From an uncultured Arcobacteraceae bacterium (lineage in GTDB: Bacteria > Campylobacterota > Campylobacteria > Campylobacterales > Arcobacteraceae), in NCBI GenBank assembly GCA_964022095.1, contig CAXHZO010000009.1, forward strand, positions 16,203-80,202: DNA of 64,000 bases. Reading direction: 5' to 3'. The notes beneath the pieces were generated by a model. It was not told where the DNA came from. It made no database searches and saw nothing but the letters and a program-made list of their open reading frames with translations. Both the position numbers and the translations under genes were made by a program. Positions 62,557 to 64,000 of this stretch are shown here, piece after piece; position 1 is the first letter of the stretch, and every line of letters starts with the position of its first letter.

Positions 62557-64000
62557 TATATAGCCTTACAATTCCACTCAGGGTAGTTTCTTCTAATGAA
62601 TTCATTTAACTCAATTTCAGCTTTAGAATACTGTTTTTTCTCTTCTTCTAAATGAGCAAATCCTTCAATAGAATTTACAATCATACCAGCACCAACTGTT
62701 GAGTTAGTATATTTGTCAATAATTATAAAACTACCTGTATATCTATTCTCATGATATGGATCAACTGCTATGTCTCTATCTAGTGATACTGTAACTTTTG
62801 CAATGTCATTTAACTCTAATGTCTCACTATTTATCTCTTCAAATGTATTAATGTTCTTTTTAAACTCTATTGAATTAAATGCCCCATTTAATACACTTGT
62901 TGCTCTTTTGATAATGTAGTTCTGATTTAACTTTAATGGTGACTCATCCATCCATACTACCATTGCAGATAAGTGATTTGATACTTTTGGTATATCTGTT
63001 GATTTTACAATCATATCACCTCTTGAGATATCAATTTCATCTTCAAGTGTTATTGTTGTTGCCATTGGAGCAAAGGCTTTTTGTATAGTCTCAACTTGCT
63101 CATCTTTTCCAACTGGTCTTAAATCTTTAATATCATTTGATACTATTGATTTAACTTTAGATGTTTTAAGTGATGGTAATACTGTAATCTCATCTCCAAC
63201 ACTAATACTTCCACTTGTGATAGTTCCAGAAAAACCTCTAAAGTTTAAATGTGGTCTTAATACATACTGTACTGGTAATCTAAAACTATTGTTCTCTTTT
63301 TCATGTATCTCAATAGTATCAAGTAGTTCCATTAATGGCTTTTGCTTATACCAAGAACATTTAGGTGAATTAGTTAATATATTATCCCCATCAAGTGCAG
63401 AGATTGGAATAAACTTAAAATTAATATCTTCATTATGTGGAAGATTTGGAATAATTTCTTCATAATCTTTTTTGATTGAATTAAAAGTCTCTTCACTAAA
63501 GTCAACTAAGTCCATTTTATTAATAGCAACAATAAGGTTTTTAATACCTAATAAACTTGCAATATATGAATGTCTTTTAGTCTGAGTTAAAATACCAGCT
63601 CTTGCATCAATTAAAATAATAGCTACATCTGCTGTACTAGCCCCTGTTGCCATATTTCTTGTATATTGTTCGTGACCAGGAGTATCTGCAATAATAAACT
63701 TTCTTTTATCAGTTGAGAAGAATCTATAAGCAACATCAATAGTAATACCTTGTTCTCTCTCAGATGCAAGTCCATCAACTAAAAGTGCTAAATCTATTTT
63801 ATCACCAGTAGTACCAACTTTTTTACTATCTTTTTCAATTGCTGCTAATTGGTCTTCAAAGATCATCTTTGAATCGTATAATAATCTACCAATTAAAGTT
63901 GATTTACCATCATCAACTGATCCACAAGTAATAAATCTAAGAATCTCTTTATTCTCATGCTCTTTTAAATATGCTTCTATATTATCTTTAATTAAATCTG
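62556..64000 (-). CDS. cysN: Sulfate adenylyltransferase subunit 1, 5'-truncated by the window edge
   Basis: Frame is open to the window end (LRFITCGSVDDGKSTLIGRL); EREQGITIDVAY, DTPGHEQYTRNM, NKMD, FRLPVQYV.RP. Confidence 0.96.
   Translation of the reverse strand, partial: DLIKDNIEAYLKEHENKEILRFITCGSVDDGKSTLIGRLLYDSKMIFEDQLAAIEKDSKKVGTTGDKIDLALLVDGLASEREQGITIDVAYRFFSTDKRKFIIADTPGHEQYTRNMATGASTADVAIILIDARAGILTQTKRHSYIASLLGIKNLIVAINKMDLVDFSEETFNSIKKDYEEIIPNLPHNEDINFKFIPISALDGDNILTNSPKCSWYKQKPLMELLDTIEIHEKENNSFRLPVQYVLRPHLNFRGFSGTITSGSISVGDEITVLPSLKTSKVKSIVSNDIKDLRPVGKDEQVETIQKAFAPMATTITLEDEIDISRGDMIVKSTDIPKVSNHLSAMVVWMDESPLKLNQNYIIKRATSVLNGAFNSIEFKKNINTFEEINSETLELNDIAKVTVSLDRDIAVDPYHENRYTGSFIIIDKYTNSTVGAGMIVNSIEGFAHLEEEKKQYSKAEIELNEFIRRNYPEWNCKAI

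Overview
AT-rich chromosomal window from a Campylobacterota bacterium, most likely Arcobacteraceae (inferred from protein sequences and the ruvC-dnaA-dnaN-gyrB...queF order). It spans the replication origin, a bipartite oriC flanking dnaA with DnaA boxes, an AT tract and DnaA-trios. Housekeeping genes include gatB, gpsA, trpB, nrdAB, purB, modABC, SRP RNA, queF, fqrB, gyrB, dnaN, dnaA, ruvC, purN, glsA, typA and cysN. The strongest candidate for an undescribed system is a two-gene [NiFe]-hydrogenase (16389-20478). Its small subunit is fused behind a NirB-type FAD/NAD(P)H oxidoreductase and a BFD-like [2Fe-2S] module. It has no Tat signal, membrane anchor or cytochrome b partner, and carries a Cys-to-Asn change at the proximal cluster, so it may be a soluble NAD(P)-linked hydrogenase built on a group-1 scaffold. 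Also notable: a Septu/PtuAB-like cassette (ORF6N/PLD protein, ABC-type ATPase, HNH nuclease) inserted between modB and modC; an hcp gene broken by one in-frame TAA behind a perfect Fnr-type box; a cytochrome b-DHC fusion gene with a 1-nt frameshift; a ~121-bp MITE-like element; a cluster of secreted DUF1566 proteins; a sulfite-reductase homologue lacking its cofactor cysteines; and two unannotated small membrane-peptide ORFs. No tRNA, rRNA, CRISPR array, transposase or integrase was seen. All family calls come from motif recognition, not database searches.
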